Shown here: positions 28,051 through 37,706 of the stretch, piece by piece
Numbering within the stretch: position 1 is the stretch's first letter
Layout of the letters: every line of letters begins with the position of its first letter
The notes under the pieces: generated by a model
Told to the model about the DNA's origin: nothing
The model's database searches: none
The model's input: the letters and a program-made list of their open reading frames with translations, nothing else
Origin: Gemmatimonadaceae bacterium
Lineage (GTDB): Bacteria; Gemmatimonadota; Gemmatimonadetes; Gemmatimonadales; Gemmatimonadaceae
Assembly (NCBI GenBank): GCA_045803545.1
Contig: JBJMOW010000005.1
Coordinates: forward strand, 448,001-512,000
Reading direction: 5' to 3'
DNA: 64,000 bases
Translations under genes and position numbers: made by a program

Positions 28051-28442
28051 GAAACCGTGGGGCCTTTGAGCACCGCTTCGACAGCGGCTGCGAGCTCCTG
28101 CGCCGAAAACGGCTTATTCAAAAAGTTTGCGCCAGCAGGAACGCCGGTCCGCGCATCCTGATCCGCGTATCCGGACATGAAAAGCGCGCGCAATCCCGGA
28201 CGCTGGACTGCGAGACGCTGAACGACTTCCGGGCCCCTCAGACCTGGCATAAACATGTCGGTGATTACCAGATCCAGCGGGCCGTCGTGTTTGTCCGCGA
28301 TGATAAGAGCCGCCTCGCCACTTTCCGCCTCCAACACCGCATAATTAGCCCGTTTGAGGATTCTCAGAACGATGCTCCGCACTGCTGGCTCGTCATCGAC
28401 GAGCAGGATGGTTCGCTTGTTGTTGGCCTCGGCGCCGTCCAT
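28047..28442 (-). CDS. Single-domain response regulator
   Basis: LLVDDE, ITDMFMP, MSGY and KPF motifs. Confidence 0.9.
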   Translation of the reverse strand: MDGAEANNKRTILLVDDEPAVRSIVLRILKRANYAVLEAESGEAALIIADKHDGPLDLVITDMFMPGLRGPEVVQRLAVQRPGLRALFMSGYADQDARTGVPAGANFLNKPFSAQELAAAVEAVLKGPTVS

Positions 28443-28614
28443 TGGTCATGACCGCAGTTAGACGTTGAGCAAGCTATGGCGCCGTGCACACGTTGTGTAG
28501 AGGAAAGCCATGCACCAGGTGGCCTCAAGCGCTCAAAGATGGCGCGGCTGTCCGACGAACTGTATTGCCCGCCCCCTTGTTTCGCGATCGTTTCGCCAGT
28601 TCATGGCAGGTTGT

Positions 28615-28632
28615 TGTTGCACAACTGCAACA
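28615..28632. promoter_or_regulatory. Palindromic site TGTTGC-N6-GCAACA, putative sigma54-activator binding site
   Basis: Perfect half-sites; intergenic, upstream of the activator gene. Confidence 0.75.
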
Positions 28633-28850
28633 GTGCTCGGCGCCAGATTCTTCCGCTAGCTGCGTCGCCTCGGCACGTAAAAACACTTAAGCCCCACTAG
28701 GTCCCGTTAACTCGGGCGACAGGACGTTTTTTTGTATGTCTCCGCGCGAAAAACTCGCTATTGCCGGATATAGGGGTTTCGCTACGTTGTGGCCTCCATC
28801 ACGAAGTTTCGCGCCGCAAGCTTGTCCACATTGCACCACACGGTGAACCA

Positions 28851-30413
28851 ATGACCACGTCGCTGGCACGGAAAGATTACCGAATTCTTCCCGACCCTGC
28901 CCCGTCGTACCGCTCAACTCCCGACAAGATGCGCGCACTGATCGTCGACGACGATCGAACACTTCGCGAAGGCTGTGCGAGCGTTCTACGGAGTGAGGGG
29001 TTCCTCGTCGAGGTTACCGCCCGCGGTGACGAAGCTATCGAGATGGTACGGCGCCAGCGCTTTGACATCATGTTCGTCGATGTTTACATGACTCCGGTCA
29101 CGGGCATCGATGTCCTCAAAGCGGTGATGGCAGCGGACCCGAACACGCTTGTCGTTTTGATGACCGGGAACCCGAGTGTGGACTCGAATATTGAGGCCAT
29201 TAAAATCGGCGCTTGGGAGTATCTCGCCAAACCCTACTCCGGTTCACAACTGCAGCTGCTTCTTGGGCGCGCGGCACACACCCTTTCGGAGCGCCGCCAG
29301 AACGAGGCAAGTCAGGGCGATCCTGCGGACGGTTTTAGTGCAGGCCCCATGGTGGGCACCTCGTCTGCTTTCCGTCGCGCCGTGGACCTGGCGACGCGCG
29401 CAGCACCGACGAATGCCGCCGTCATGATTGTTGGCGAGACTGGTACAGGGAAAGAAGTCCTGGCTCGGCACATTCACCTGAATAGTCGTCGCTCGCGGCG
29501 CCGTCTCGTTCCCATCAACTGCGCGGCGATCCCGGAGCAGTTGCTTGAATCAGAAATGTTTGGGCATCGGAAAGGCGCGTTCACAGGTGCCGACCGGGAA
29601 AAAATGGGATTGCTCGAGCTCGCCGATGGCGGGACGCTTTTCCTGGACGAGCTCAGCGAGATGTCGATGCCGCTGCAAGCAAAAATGCTTCGGGTTCTCC
29701 AGGATGGTATCGTCCGGCGCGTTGGCAGCGAACACGAGGATGCAGTGGTAGACGTCCGATTCGTCTCAGCGACCAACAAGGATCCTCGCTTATCGATCAG
29801 GAATAAACAGCTCAGGGAAGATCTGTATTATCGCCTGAACGTGGTCCAGGTGGTGATTCCGCCATTGCGTGATCGCGTGGAAGACATCCCGTTGCTCGCG
29901 ACGCATTTCCTGCGTTCGTTCTGGGCGCGGCACCGCTCCGCGAAAGACCCAATCCCGGAGTTCAGCGAAGACACTCTCGACTTCCTTGTTTCGAGACCGT
30001 GGCGCGGAAACGTCCGGGAGCTGCAGAATTTCGTGGAACACGTCACGATTCTCGCGCAGCCCGGTTCCAAGATCCAAATCCACCAGCTTCCGCTTGACCA
30101 GGAAGTCGACCTGGGCTCTGCTCTCACAGGAGTGCCTTCTCTTCCTTCGAACGATGCGTATCACGTCGCGAAGGAACAGGTGTTGACCAGCTTCGAAAAG
30201 ACTTACGTCACGCGACTGGTCGCACGGGCCTCGGGCAACATGTCCCGCGCAGCACGTCTTGCGAGCGTCGACCGCACGACACTCTACAGACTCCTTGAGC
30301 GCCATGGGTTCCGCAAGGATTCAGGGGATCGCGCGCTAGTCGATGCCTCCGACCTCACGGGCCCTGCCGACGACGATCTTGCTGACGCGTTTCCTGAAAT
30401 GCCGGCGGAGTAA
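28851..30413 (+). CDS. Sigma54-dependent NtrC-family response regulator (REC-AAA+-Fis HTH)
   Basis: GETGTGKE, GAFTGA, LFLDE, REDLYYRL and DRTTLYR motifs; start uncertain (28851 or 28929). Confidence 0.93.
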   Translation: MTTSLARKDYRILPDPAPSYRSTPDKMRALIVDDDRTLREGCASVLRSEGFLVEVTARGDEAIEMVRRQRFDIMFVDVYMTPVTGIDVLKAVMAADPNTLVVLMTGNPSVDSNIEAIKIGAWEYLAKPYSGSQLQLLLGRAAHTLSERRQNEASQGDPADGFSAGPMVGTSSAFRRAVDLATRAAPTNAAVMIVGETGTGKEVLARHIHLNSRRSRRRLVPINCAAIPEQLLESEMFGHRKGAFTGADREKMGLLELADGGTLFLDELSEMSMPLQAKMLRVLQDGIVRRVGSEHEDAVVDVRFVSATNKDPRLSIRNKQLREDLYYRLNVVQVVIPPLRDRVEDIPLLATHFLRSFWARHRSAKDPIPEFSEDTLDFLVSRPWRGNVRELQNFVEHVTILAQPGSKIQIHQLPLDQEVDLGSALTGVPSLPSNDAYHVAKEQVLTSFEKTYVTRLVARASGNMSRAARLASVDRTTLYRLLERHGFRKDSGDRALVDASDLTGPADDDLADAFPEMPAE

Positions 30414-30448
30414 GCGCGATATCGATGCGCGAGCAGACCCAACTACCA

Positions 30449-30466
30449 CGTTGCGCTCGCGCAACA
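30449..30466. promoter_or_regulatory. Palindromic enhancer-like site CGTTGC-N6-GCAACA
   Basis: Matches the 28615, 42060 and 54125 sites. Confidence 0.75.
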
Positions 30467-30516
30467 GTTTGAAGCAGTCGTCGCCCCTAAGTTCCGGTCA
30501 GTCATAGTGTTGAGCG

Positions 30517-30531
30517 TGGGCGGGTAATTGC
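30517..30531 (+). promoter_or_regulatory. Putative sigma54 promoter TGGGCGGGTAATTGC for the wzc operon
   Basis: GG-N10-GC with TTGC; enhancer-like site upstream. Confidence 0.6.
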
Positions 30532-30593
30532 TGTAGTGCGCGGTGACTCTTCGCTGGATTCTTACATTGCCTCGCCCAGACTAAAAAAATCAA

Positions 30594-32993
30594 ATGTCAG
30601 TACGGATCGCTCCGTCGCAGCCGGAGTATTATGCCGGTGTCCCAGCCTATGGCCTTGGCCAACCTGCGGGCAGTCTGCCCCCAGCGTGGGAACCCGAGTC
30701 AATTCCGTGGTCGAGGTACATCGAGGCGCTGCGACGGCATGTCTGGCTGATGCTCGCCATCGTATTTCTCGGGTCCATCGGCGGCTTGGTATACTCGAAA
30801 CGCGTGAAGCCGGAATACGACGTTCAGGCGACCCTTTGGATAAATCCGGGTTCGACGCCTGAAAGTGGTCCGATCAGGGGTCAACAGTTGTTGTCACCGA
30901 CTTCATGGGTCGAACTACTGCGCAGTTTCGCCATCATCGAGCCGGTTGTGCGCAAACTCCGCCTGAACGTCTCGTACGCACAAGCGGCGGACTCTGTCTT
31001 TTTCACGGATTTTGAGTCGCACAACGGAATTCGTCCGGGAGCCTTCGTTCTCCGTGCAGACAACACGGGCCATTTTGAATTGACAACTGTCAAAGGCGAA
31101 CCGATTGAGCGCGGTTCGCTCGGCGATTCGATTGGGCGAGCCCTGGGCTTTGGATGGGCACCTCCAGCTACGCTGTTCGCACGGAAACGGGTTCTCGAGT
31201 TTGCGGTGAGCACCCCGCGCGCCAAATCTCTGGCCCTCGTGTCAAAGCTTCATTCGATGCTGCCAGAAGATGGCCAGTTTCTCACGCTGACACTTACTGG
31301 AGCGGATGCGCCGCGCACGGCAGCGACGCTGAATGACTGGGTCAACCAGTTTGTGGAGGCGGCGGGCCAACTAAAAAAACGGCATCTACTCGAGTTCAAA
31401 CACATCCTCGCCGGTCAGCTCGACGTCGCCGAGCGCGAGCTTCGCAATTCCGAAATCCAGTTGGAGCAATTTCGCGTCAATACTATCACTCTTCCCTCGG
31501 ACGCGACGCCCCTGGCCGGTGGCGTTCAGGCCACGCGCGACCCTGTAATCTCGAATTTCTTTCAGCAGAAACAGGCGCTCGCTGAAGTCCAAAACGAGCG
31601 CGCGGCACTGCAAGAATTGATTGATGGCGCCAAGACCGGCGAGCTGAAACCGGAGGCATTCATAATAATGCTGCCATCGGTGTTGAACAGCTCACCACGG
31701 TTGAGAGCGGCGATCGAGGAGCTGTCTGCGCGCGAGGCCTCACTTCATAGCGAACAACAATACCTCACGGACGCCAACCCCCGCATAAGCCAGCTCAAAG
31801 AGACCGTTCACACCCTTCAATTCGAGACCATACCGCAAATCGCACAGAGCGTTCTGCAATCCCTCACCGCGCGAGAGAGAGATATGAGCGCGCGGGTAGA
31901 CAACGAATCGCATGAATTGCGCGCGATTCCCGTGCGAACCATCGAAGAAATGCGGCTGGTGCGTCAGGTCGCCGCAACCGAGAACCTCTATAAGGTGCTC
32001 AAGGCGCGATACGATGAGATTTCCTTGTCAGAGGCGCAATCAACCCCGGACCTGAGCGTTCTGGACTTCGCGGTGCCGCCCGCTCACCCCAATTCGAATG
32101 ATGCGCCGCGCCTGTTCTTGCTCGCCGTTATCGCAAGTATTGGCGCTGCCGCCGCTCTGGCGATTTTCCACGACCGCATCGACCGCCGCTTCCGCTATCC
32201 GGAGCAAGCAACACGTGACCTCAGACTGAGCATCATCGGCACAGTGCCGCGCTTCCGACCGCACCGCAGCGAAAGCGCGCAGCTCGACGCGATGTCGCAG
32301 GCGCTAGAATCTTTCCGTACACTGCGGCTTGGCGTTCGCTATCAATTCGCGTTGGATGCTCCTGTCATCCTCACCGTTTCAAGCCCGAACAGCAATGACG
32401 GCAAGTCAATGGTTTCCGCGAACCTCGCTATTGCATTCGCCAGCGCCGGGCATCCAACTCTGTTGATAGACGGAGATGTCCGAGCCGGCGGGTTGCACCA
32501 AACCTTCGACCTGCCCGTGACGCCGGGACTCGTGGAGTATCTTTCCGGCACCGCCACGATGGACAGCGCGATTCGAGCAGCAGCGTCGGAGAATCTTTTC
32601 ATTTTGCCGCGTGGTGCCCGCGCCAACCATGCACCTGAACTCCTGGTTTCCGACCGGATGTCGACTCTGATTCAGGCGGCTTGCCAGAAGTTCGAGGTGA
32701 TTATCGTCGACTCACCACCGCTGGTTGCAGGTGTCGACGCGTACGCCTTGAGTGCCGTTACCGGAAACCTGCTGGTCGTACTGCGTCCCGGTGTGTCCGA
32801 TCGCAAATTGGCCGCGAACAAGCTGAATCTCGTCGATCGGCTGCCGATTCGAAAAGTCGGCGCCGTTATCAACGGCGTTCCGGCCGGTGGGCTGTATCGC
32901 GACTATGGCAGTGACTACCCACAACGCAAGGGAACGCCCACGTACACCATTGGTGGTCTTGCAACACCCGGAGGAAATCATGCACGCGTCTAA
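30594..32993 (+). CDS. wzc: Polysaccharide co-polymerase / tyrosine autokinase (Wzc/GumC-like)
   Basis: Two TM around a coiled-coil periplasmic domain; ESFRTLR, GKS, LIDGD, IVDSPP; C-terminal Tyr residues. Confidence 0.9.
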   Translation: MSVRIAPSQPEYYAGVPAYGLGQPAGSLPPAWEPESIPWSRYIEALRRHVWLMLAIVFLGSIGGLVYSKRVKPEYDVQATLWINPGSTPESGPIRGQQLLSPTSWVELLRSFAIIEPVVRKLRLNVSYAQAADSVFFTDFESHNGIRPGAFVLRADNTGHFELTTVKGEPIERGSLGDSIGRALGFGWAPPATLFARKRVLEFAVSTPRAKSLALVSKLHSMLPEDGQFLTLTLTGADAPRTAATLNDWVNQFVEAAGQLKKRHLLEFKHILAGQLDVAERELRNSEIQLEQFRVNTITLPSDATPLAGGVQATRDPVISNFFQQKQALAEVQNERAALQELIDGAKTGELKPEAFIIMLPSVLNSSPRLRAAIEELSAREASLHSEQQYLTDANPRISQLKETVHTLQFETIPQIAQSVLQSLTARERDMSARVDNESHELRAIPVRTIEEMRLVRQVAATENLYKVLKARYDEISLSEAQSTPDLSVLDFAVPPAHPNSNDAPRLFLLAVIASIGAAAALAIFHDRIDRRFRYPEQATRDLRLSIIGTVPRFRPHRSESAQLDAMSQALESFRTLRLGVRYQFALDAPVILTVSSPNSNDGKSMVSANLAIAFASAGHPTLLIDGDVRAGGLHQTFDLPVTPGLVEYLSGTATMDSAIRAAASENLFILPRGARANHAPELLVSDRMSTLIQAACQKFEVIIVDSPPLVAGVDAYALSAVTGNLLVVLRPGVSDRKLAANKLNLVDRLPIRKVGAVINGVPAGGLYRDYGSDYPQRKGTPTYTIGGLATPGGNHARV

Positions 32994-33789
32994 GTGCTCC
33001 GCGACGGCGCAGCACAAGCAAATCGGTATGAAGGCTGCGCGCTTTTTGGTAGTCGCCGCTTTGTTCAGCGCAAGTCTGCCGGCGGCATTACATGCGCAGG
33101 GTGATGGTGGACTGCTCCTGACACGGGCGGATCTGGAGCTGAGCGCTCAAAAGGCTGAGCTCGGCGCGACCAAGGGTGACTATGCCGACCGAATGAAGAA
33201 TGCGAGCGCCGCTGCCGCGATTCGACAGCGCCTGCGCGATGGCGACATACAGGTTGGCGATCGAATTGTAGTGACCATCACTACTGATAAGCCCCGCGCC
33301 GATACAGTCGTCGTTAGATCCGGGCGGGTTCTCGAGATCGGCGGTTTGATGGTCGTGCCGGTCTCCGGCGTTCTTCGCTCAGAACTCCAGGATCGCGTCG
33401 CGGTGGAGGTGCGAAAATACATTAAAGCCGAACGTGTGGAGGTGACTCCGCTCGTCCGTATCGCTGTCCTGGGTGCGGTGATGCGTCCGGGATATTTCGT
33501 ATTCGCCCCTGATCTCACGATCAACGATGCCATCATGGGTGCCGGCGGTCCCACCCCGGGTGCGGACCTCCAGCGCTCGAGCGTCCGCCGCGGCGCAGCG
33601 GAGTATCGGACGAAACAGGAAACGGGCGACGCGTTCGCAAGTGGTCTCACCCTGGATCAATTCGGCATGTCGGCGGGGGATGAGCTGATCGTCGGTGAAC
33701 ATAAACAGTTCAGTCCGACAGCGATGATTGGGGCGACAGGAGCACTAGCCAGTGTGCTGATGCTCTTTGTTACGATGCGTCGGCATTAG
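32980..33789 (+). CDS. SLBB-domain polysaccharide export protein (Wza-like)
   Basis: GDRIVV, VLGAVMRPG, AIMGAGG and GDELIV motifs; GGAGG RBS. Confidence 0.8.
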   Translation: MHASKCSATAQHKQIGMKAARFLVVAALFSASLPAALHAQGDGGLLLTRADLELSAQKAELGATKGDYADRMKNASAAAAIRQRLRDGDIQVGDRIVVTITTDKPRADTVVVRSGRVLEIGGLMVVPVSGVLRSELQDRVAVEVRKYIKAERVEVTPLVRIAVLGAVMRPGYFVFAPDLTINDAIMGAGGPTPGADLQRSSVRRGAAEYRTKQETGDAFASGLTLDQFGMSAGDELIVGEHKQFSPTAMIGATGALASVLMLFVTMRRH

Positions 33790-33806
33790 CGCTCGGGACA
33801 TTTATC

Positions 33807-34538
33807 ATGAAAGAGTTTGTACGACCGATAACCGTGTATTCGGAGGTGCGACCGGTTGCTTCCAACGGCATGCCGCCAGAGGAACAGCGAACCGCTTTGG
33901 AATGGCTCGATCGGTCACTCAACATCACGATCGCCGTTCTGGGCTTGGCGATAACCTTTCCGATCGTGATGATATTCGCGGCTCTCATTAAGCTCACCTC
34001 GCCAGGACCCGTTTTTTATACGCAAGCACGCATCGGACTGAACCGAAGGGCCGGCAGGGGCTCATCGTCTCAATATGATCGCCGGTCTCGCGATCTGGGC
34101 GGCCAGCCGTTCATGATCCTGAAGCTCAGAACGATGCAGCAACATGCTGAGCGCGCAAAAGGAGCCGTATGGGCCGCGCCCGGAGATGCTCGTGTCACCA
34201 GGATAGGTCGCATCATGCGCGCTTATCGCATCGACGAAATCCCGCAACTCGTTAATGTCATCAAGGGGGAGATGAACATCGTCGGGCCGCGCCCTGAACG
34301 GCCAAGTATCTTCTCGCGGCTGTGCGATGACATCGTTGAATACCCGCTACGCCAGGCGGCGAAGCCTGGCATCACAGGGTGGGCGCAGGTGAACCGAAGC
34401 TATGACACCAGCCTCGACGACGTTAGAGATAAAGTGCGCTACGACCTTGAGTACTTGAATCGTCGCGGCATTGGCGCTGATATCATGATCATGGCGCGCA
34501 CGCTTCCGGTAATGCTTTTTCGCCGTGGCGGGTGGTAA
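33807..34538 (+). CDS. Priming sugar transferase (bacterial sugar transferase family)
   Basis: KLRTM, RIDEIPQL.NV..GEM.IVGPRP and KPGITGWAQV motifs. Confidence 0.93.
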   Translation: MKEFVRPITVYSEVRPVASNGMPPEEQRTALEWLDRSLNITIAVLGLAITFPIVMIFAALIKLTSPGPVFYTQARIGLNRRAGRGSSSQYDRRSRDLGGQPFMILKLRTMQQHAERAKGAVWAAPGDARVTRIGRIMRAYRIDEIPQLVNVIKGEMNIVGPRPERPSIFSRLCDDIVEYPLRQAAKPGITGWAQVNRSYDTSLDDVRDKVRYDLEYLNRRGIGADIMIMARTLPVMLFRRGGW

Positions 34539-34564
34539 GCGACTACGCGTTGAAGTAGTAGCCT

Positions 34565-35638
34565 TTAGGAAAGACGTCGCCTAACTGGCGGCCAGGCCTC
34601 CAACCCAATTTCGGAATATGCTTGCGTCGTGGCGTCGGGGGAAACGTCCCCGAAAATGTCACGCAGAAACCATCCGCGGCAGAGAGCCACGGCGGCTAGC
34701 AGTTGAATCACTACATGCAGCGGAGCGGATAAGAGCGCGAAAAGGGGTCCGCGCTGACGAACGTAAAAGAAATGGATCGGAGCACTCGAGACCAGCATTA
34801 TTCCAAATGCTAGCGCGACTGGCAGACCGAGAGTTCTTTCAGAGTACACGGCGCCGCCGAGCGTTAGAATCGCGAATATTGCCAGACTGGGAATCAGCCC
34901 GCGCGTAAGCGTAAAGACCACTTCCCCCGGAATGAGATTACTGGTCTCAGCGTAACCGAGCGATCTTGCCAGCAGCGTTGAGCGCCGCCAGACGTGCGCG
35001 AAAAGCACGCTCAGCGAGAGACGCTGTAACCGTGTCACACTGCTGTGCGATTCCAACGTGGCCCTGTGCCCGGCGGCAAGCAGCCGCTTTCCCAGTTCCA
35101 CGCTCTCGAGACATCCCTTGTTGAAGCGCCACTCGTCATACATTCCGACGCTCATAAAGGCCGTCCTCCGAACCATGCCGCAGCCCGACGCGAAAAGGGC
35201 ACATTGTCCTCCATGGCGCTTTTCGCCAAACGCAGCCAGCAAATTCCAGTATGAAGATAGAAAACCTGTCGTACCAATCTCCTGGTACCTTGCGCTGACG
35301 GCAGTGAGTTGGGATTGCTGGTCCAGCATATCGAGCATCCGACTCAAACAGTCTGTATCGATGACAACATCCTGGTCGATAAACGCCAGGATCTCGCCGC
35401 GAGCGATTTCGCAGCCTCGGTTGCGCGCATATGCGGGGCCGGCGCCACTGCCCGTCAAGCGTACCACGCTATCGGCGTAGCGCGCCGCGACGGCTACGCT
35501 CCGGTCACTGCTGCCATCGTCGACTACGATGAGCTCGTAAGATTCGCTCGGGAGGGTGCTGCTGCGAATCGCCGCTAGCACTTTGTGGAGTGTGCCTTCG
35601 GAATCCTTGCTTGAGACGATAATGGACAGTCGGATCAT
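34565..35638 (-). CDS. Glycosyltransferase family 2 with C-terminal TM segments
   Basis: VVDDGSSD, ARNRG and FIDQD motifs. Confidence 0.88.
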   Translation of the reverse strand: MIRLSIIVSSKDSEGTLHKVLAAIRSSTLPSESYELIVVDDGSSDRSVAVAARYADSVVRLTGSGAGPAYARNRGCEIARGEILAFIDQDVVIDTDCLSRMLDMLDQQSQLTAVSARYQEIGTTGFLSSYWNLLAAFGEKRHGGQCALFASGCGMVRRTAFMSVGMYDEWRFNKGCLESVELGKRLLAAGHRATLESHSSVTRLQRLSLSVLFAHVWRRSTLLARSLGYAETSNLIPGEVVFTLTRGLIPSLAIFAILTLGGAVYSERTLGLPVALAFGIMLVSSAPIHFFYVRQRGPLFALLSAPLHVVIQLLAAVALCRGWFLRDIFGDVSPDATTQAYSEIGLEAWPPVRRRLS

Positions 35639-35646
35639 GCCAGCGG

Positions 35647-36120
35647 TCAGGCAGTATTGACTGACTGGGCGATTCTCTGATGCCCCTGCGCACCCGCAGC
35701 GTCGCGTATCGACGCGCTGAGTAGAGTGACGATGTCCCCGGGAGCACGCGCCATCGCCAGCTCTCGAAGGTCCTCAGGACATGTTCCTGCCGGCGCGAGC
35801 AGAATCTGCACATCACGAATCTTCCGTTGCAGCGAGTGCAAACTCACCGGCTGTCCGGCAAAAGCCACGATCACATCGACGTTCTCTTGGTCTTTCACTC
35901 CGTTGAGGTGCTCGGCGAGCAATTCCTGCGGAATTGTCTGATTCTCGGGTACCACCAGGATGAACGATTTGCGCGGGGTGAGGCGGCGAGAAGCAGGTGC
36001 CGTCGCACCCTTTTCGGCGTTGGTGCTCGTCGAAAGGAATCTGTCGGCGTTACGCGGTGGGCGGAGGAATCCGATGGTGTCGCTTCCCTCAACCTGCTGT
36101 TCGAAACTCGCGTGCGACAT
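35647..36120 (-). CDS. Hypothetical protein resembling a truncated GT2 N-terminal half
   Basis: ..LRELAMARAPGDIVTLL parallels GT2 ARN.G...A.GD...FLD but lacks DxD. Confidence 0.6.
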   Translation of the reverse strand: MSHASFEQQVEGSDTIGFLRPPRNADRFLSTSTNAEKGATAPASRRLTPRKSFILVVPENQTIPQELLAEHLNGVKDQENVDVIVAFAGQPVSLHSLQRKIRDVQILLAPAGTCPEDLRELAMARAPGDIVTLLSASIRDAAGAQGHQRIAQSVNTA

Positions 36121-36302
36121 GGGCGGGTACCTGAGCAAACGTGGTAGGTGTACGGTGATACGCCGGTGCGTATCGTGGCACTCAAAACACTGTCAGGCGT
36201 CCAAGGCAAGACCCATACAGTTGATTCACAGATGTAAGTTGTTTGGCTTGAGTCACTTAACTTGGCGGTGTGTCGACGTGCTGATCAGCCGCCGCTACGT
36301 TA

Positions 36303-36320
36303 CGTGGCGTTGCTGCCACA
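36303..36320. promoter_or_regulatory. Palindromic enhancer-like site CGTGGC-N6-GCCACA
   Basis: Symmetric variant of the recurring motif; intergenic. Confidence 0.65.
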
Positions 36321-36326
36321 AAACCG

Positions 36327-37517
36327 TTAGGCCGACGGACTTCGGGCCAGCGCGTCCTTCCGACGCGTAGGCTCCCAGGTCGCGGTCTGGGCGTGGCGAA
36401 GTGCCTCCACCCACGCGAGGAAGCCAGCGAACAGCGCCGCGGTGCCGAAGGCCGCCAGAGCAAATGGCTTCAGTGTGGTAGCGCGCTGGTTCCGAATGCC
36501 CGACCACCCGGCGAGCGCAATCGTCGCGGCCACCGCGACCACATATCGCGCAACGACGCTTTGAAAGCTCATGGCAACCAACGCGGCCGCCGCGATTGGC
36601 AGGAACAGGTAGGGCAACCATCGCAGCAGTTTGTGGCTGAGCAGCATACCGGCAAAACGCCCGTATGCAAACGGATTTAACAGCTCGCGATAATAGAACA
36701 GCGTGCGAATGCCTCGCGCCATTGTCCTCACTTTACGACGCAGCTCCGTTTCCAGGTGCGGCGCACGCGGGACGATGCACGTTGCCTCCGCCACGCTTAC
36801 CGATCGCAGGCCAAGCTTCCGCGCTGCCAATGCCGAAGCAAAATCCCAGCTCAAATCAGAAGGCAGGCTAACCGCATGTACAATTCGTCTGATGCCATAA
36901 AAACAGCCACTCGCTCCAACGATTGTACCCAGGCGCGTCTCCAATCCGCGAAGCCACATTTCGTAATTGACATATCCGGCTTCGGCCTTCGTTTTCTCCT
37001 GGAAGCCAGCGGCGACGCTTACGTCACAGCCTGACGCAACGCCAATGGATGGGTCGACGAACGACGCGATCAGGGGTTTGAATGAGTCTCGCGGTATCAG
37101 GATGCTCGAATCGACGTTGACGATGATGTCGCCCTTTGCAATGTGCGCGGCGGCGTTTTCCATTGCCGTCTTGCCGCGCCGGACCGACATCCGAACAAGC
37201 TCCACACCACGTGGCGCAAAGCTGCGCACGATGTCATCGGTAGCGTCGGTCGATGCATCGGAAAGAACAATGATCTGTAGCCGGTCGCGCGGATAATCCA
37301 CGTCGAGCAGGCGGTCAAGAGTGGCAGCGATGACCGCGGCCGAGTTGTAAACAGGTACCGTCACCGTCACGAATGGCCACTCGGACATACTGTTTGGGTA
37401 AGGGCGGCGAAGAACGAGTCGCGAGACAACCCATAGGCTCGCTGGGTAGACGACGTATGCGTACAACGCGATCACGAACGGCGCAGCGACCAATACACTG
37501 AGGATAGACATATTCAT
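36327..37517 (-). CDS. Glycosyltransferase family 2 (membrane-bound)
   Basis: VPVYN, DYP, SDASTD, RRGKT and GASGCFY motifs. Confidence 0.9.
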   Translation of the reverse strand: MNMSILSVLVAAPFVIALYAYVVYPASLWVVSRLVLRRPYPNSMSEWPFVTVTVPVYNSAAVIAATLDRLLDVDYPRDRLQIIVLSDASTDATDDIVRSFAPRGVELVRMSVRRGKTAMENAAAHIAKGDIIVNVDSSILIPRDSFKPLIASFVDPSIGVASGCDVSVAAGFQEKTKAEAGYVNYEMWLRGLETRLGTIVGASGCFYGIRRIVHAVSLPSDLSWDFASALAARKLGLRSVSVAEATCIVPRAPHLETELRRKVRTMARGIRTLFYYRELLNPFAYGRFAGMLLSHKLLRWLPYLFLPIAAAALVAMSFQSVVARYVVAVAATIALAGWSGIRNQRATTLKPFALAAFGTAALFAGFLAWVEALRHAQTATWEPTRRKDALARSPSA

Positions 37518-37614
37518 GGGTGCTGAGCTAATCCGCGGCGAGGCAGCGGCCTGAGCGTGCGCGTTGGCGAGCTAGGGCGCCATAACTGCGCGCCCTGCTC
37601 GCCGGCTGCCCGAG

Positions 37615-37629
37615 GCAGGCTACATGCCG
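37615..37629 (-). promoter_or_regulatory. Putative sigma54 promoter CGGCATGTAGCCTGC
   Basis: GG-N10-GC; enhancer-like TGTTGC-N6-GCGACG at 37710-37727. Confidence 0.6.
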
Positions 37630-37706
37630 CAGTATTTGGACGGTTGTGCCTTCGTTCGCGCACGTCGGCTCGCGATTCGTAGTCACGTAGGCTCCGCTCG
37701 CCACGA

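Noticed and set aside
28469..28484. Sigma54-like boxes CGGCGCCATAGCTTGC (also 42071-42086 and 19029-19044, minus strand)
   Set aside because: Spacing between the -24 and -12 dinucleotides is 11 nt, whereas sigma54 requires 10.
28823..28840. TGT-N12-ACA site just before the activator gene
   Set aside because: It lacks the inner GC/GC of the recurring motif, so it is too weak to count, though it could be a low-affinity autoregulatory site.
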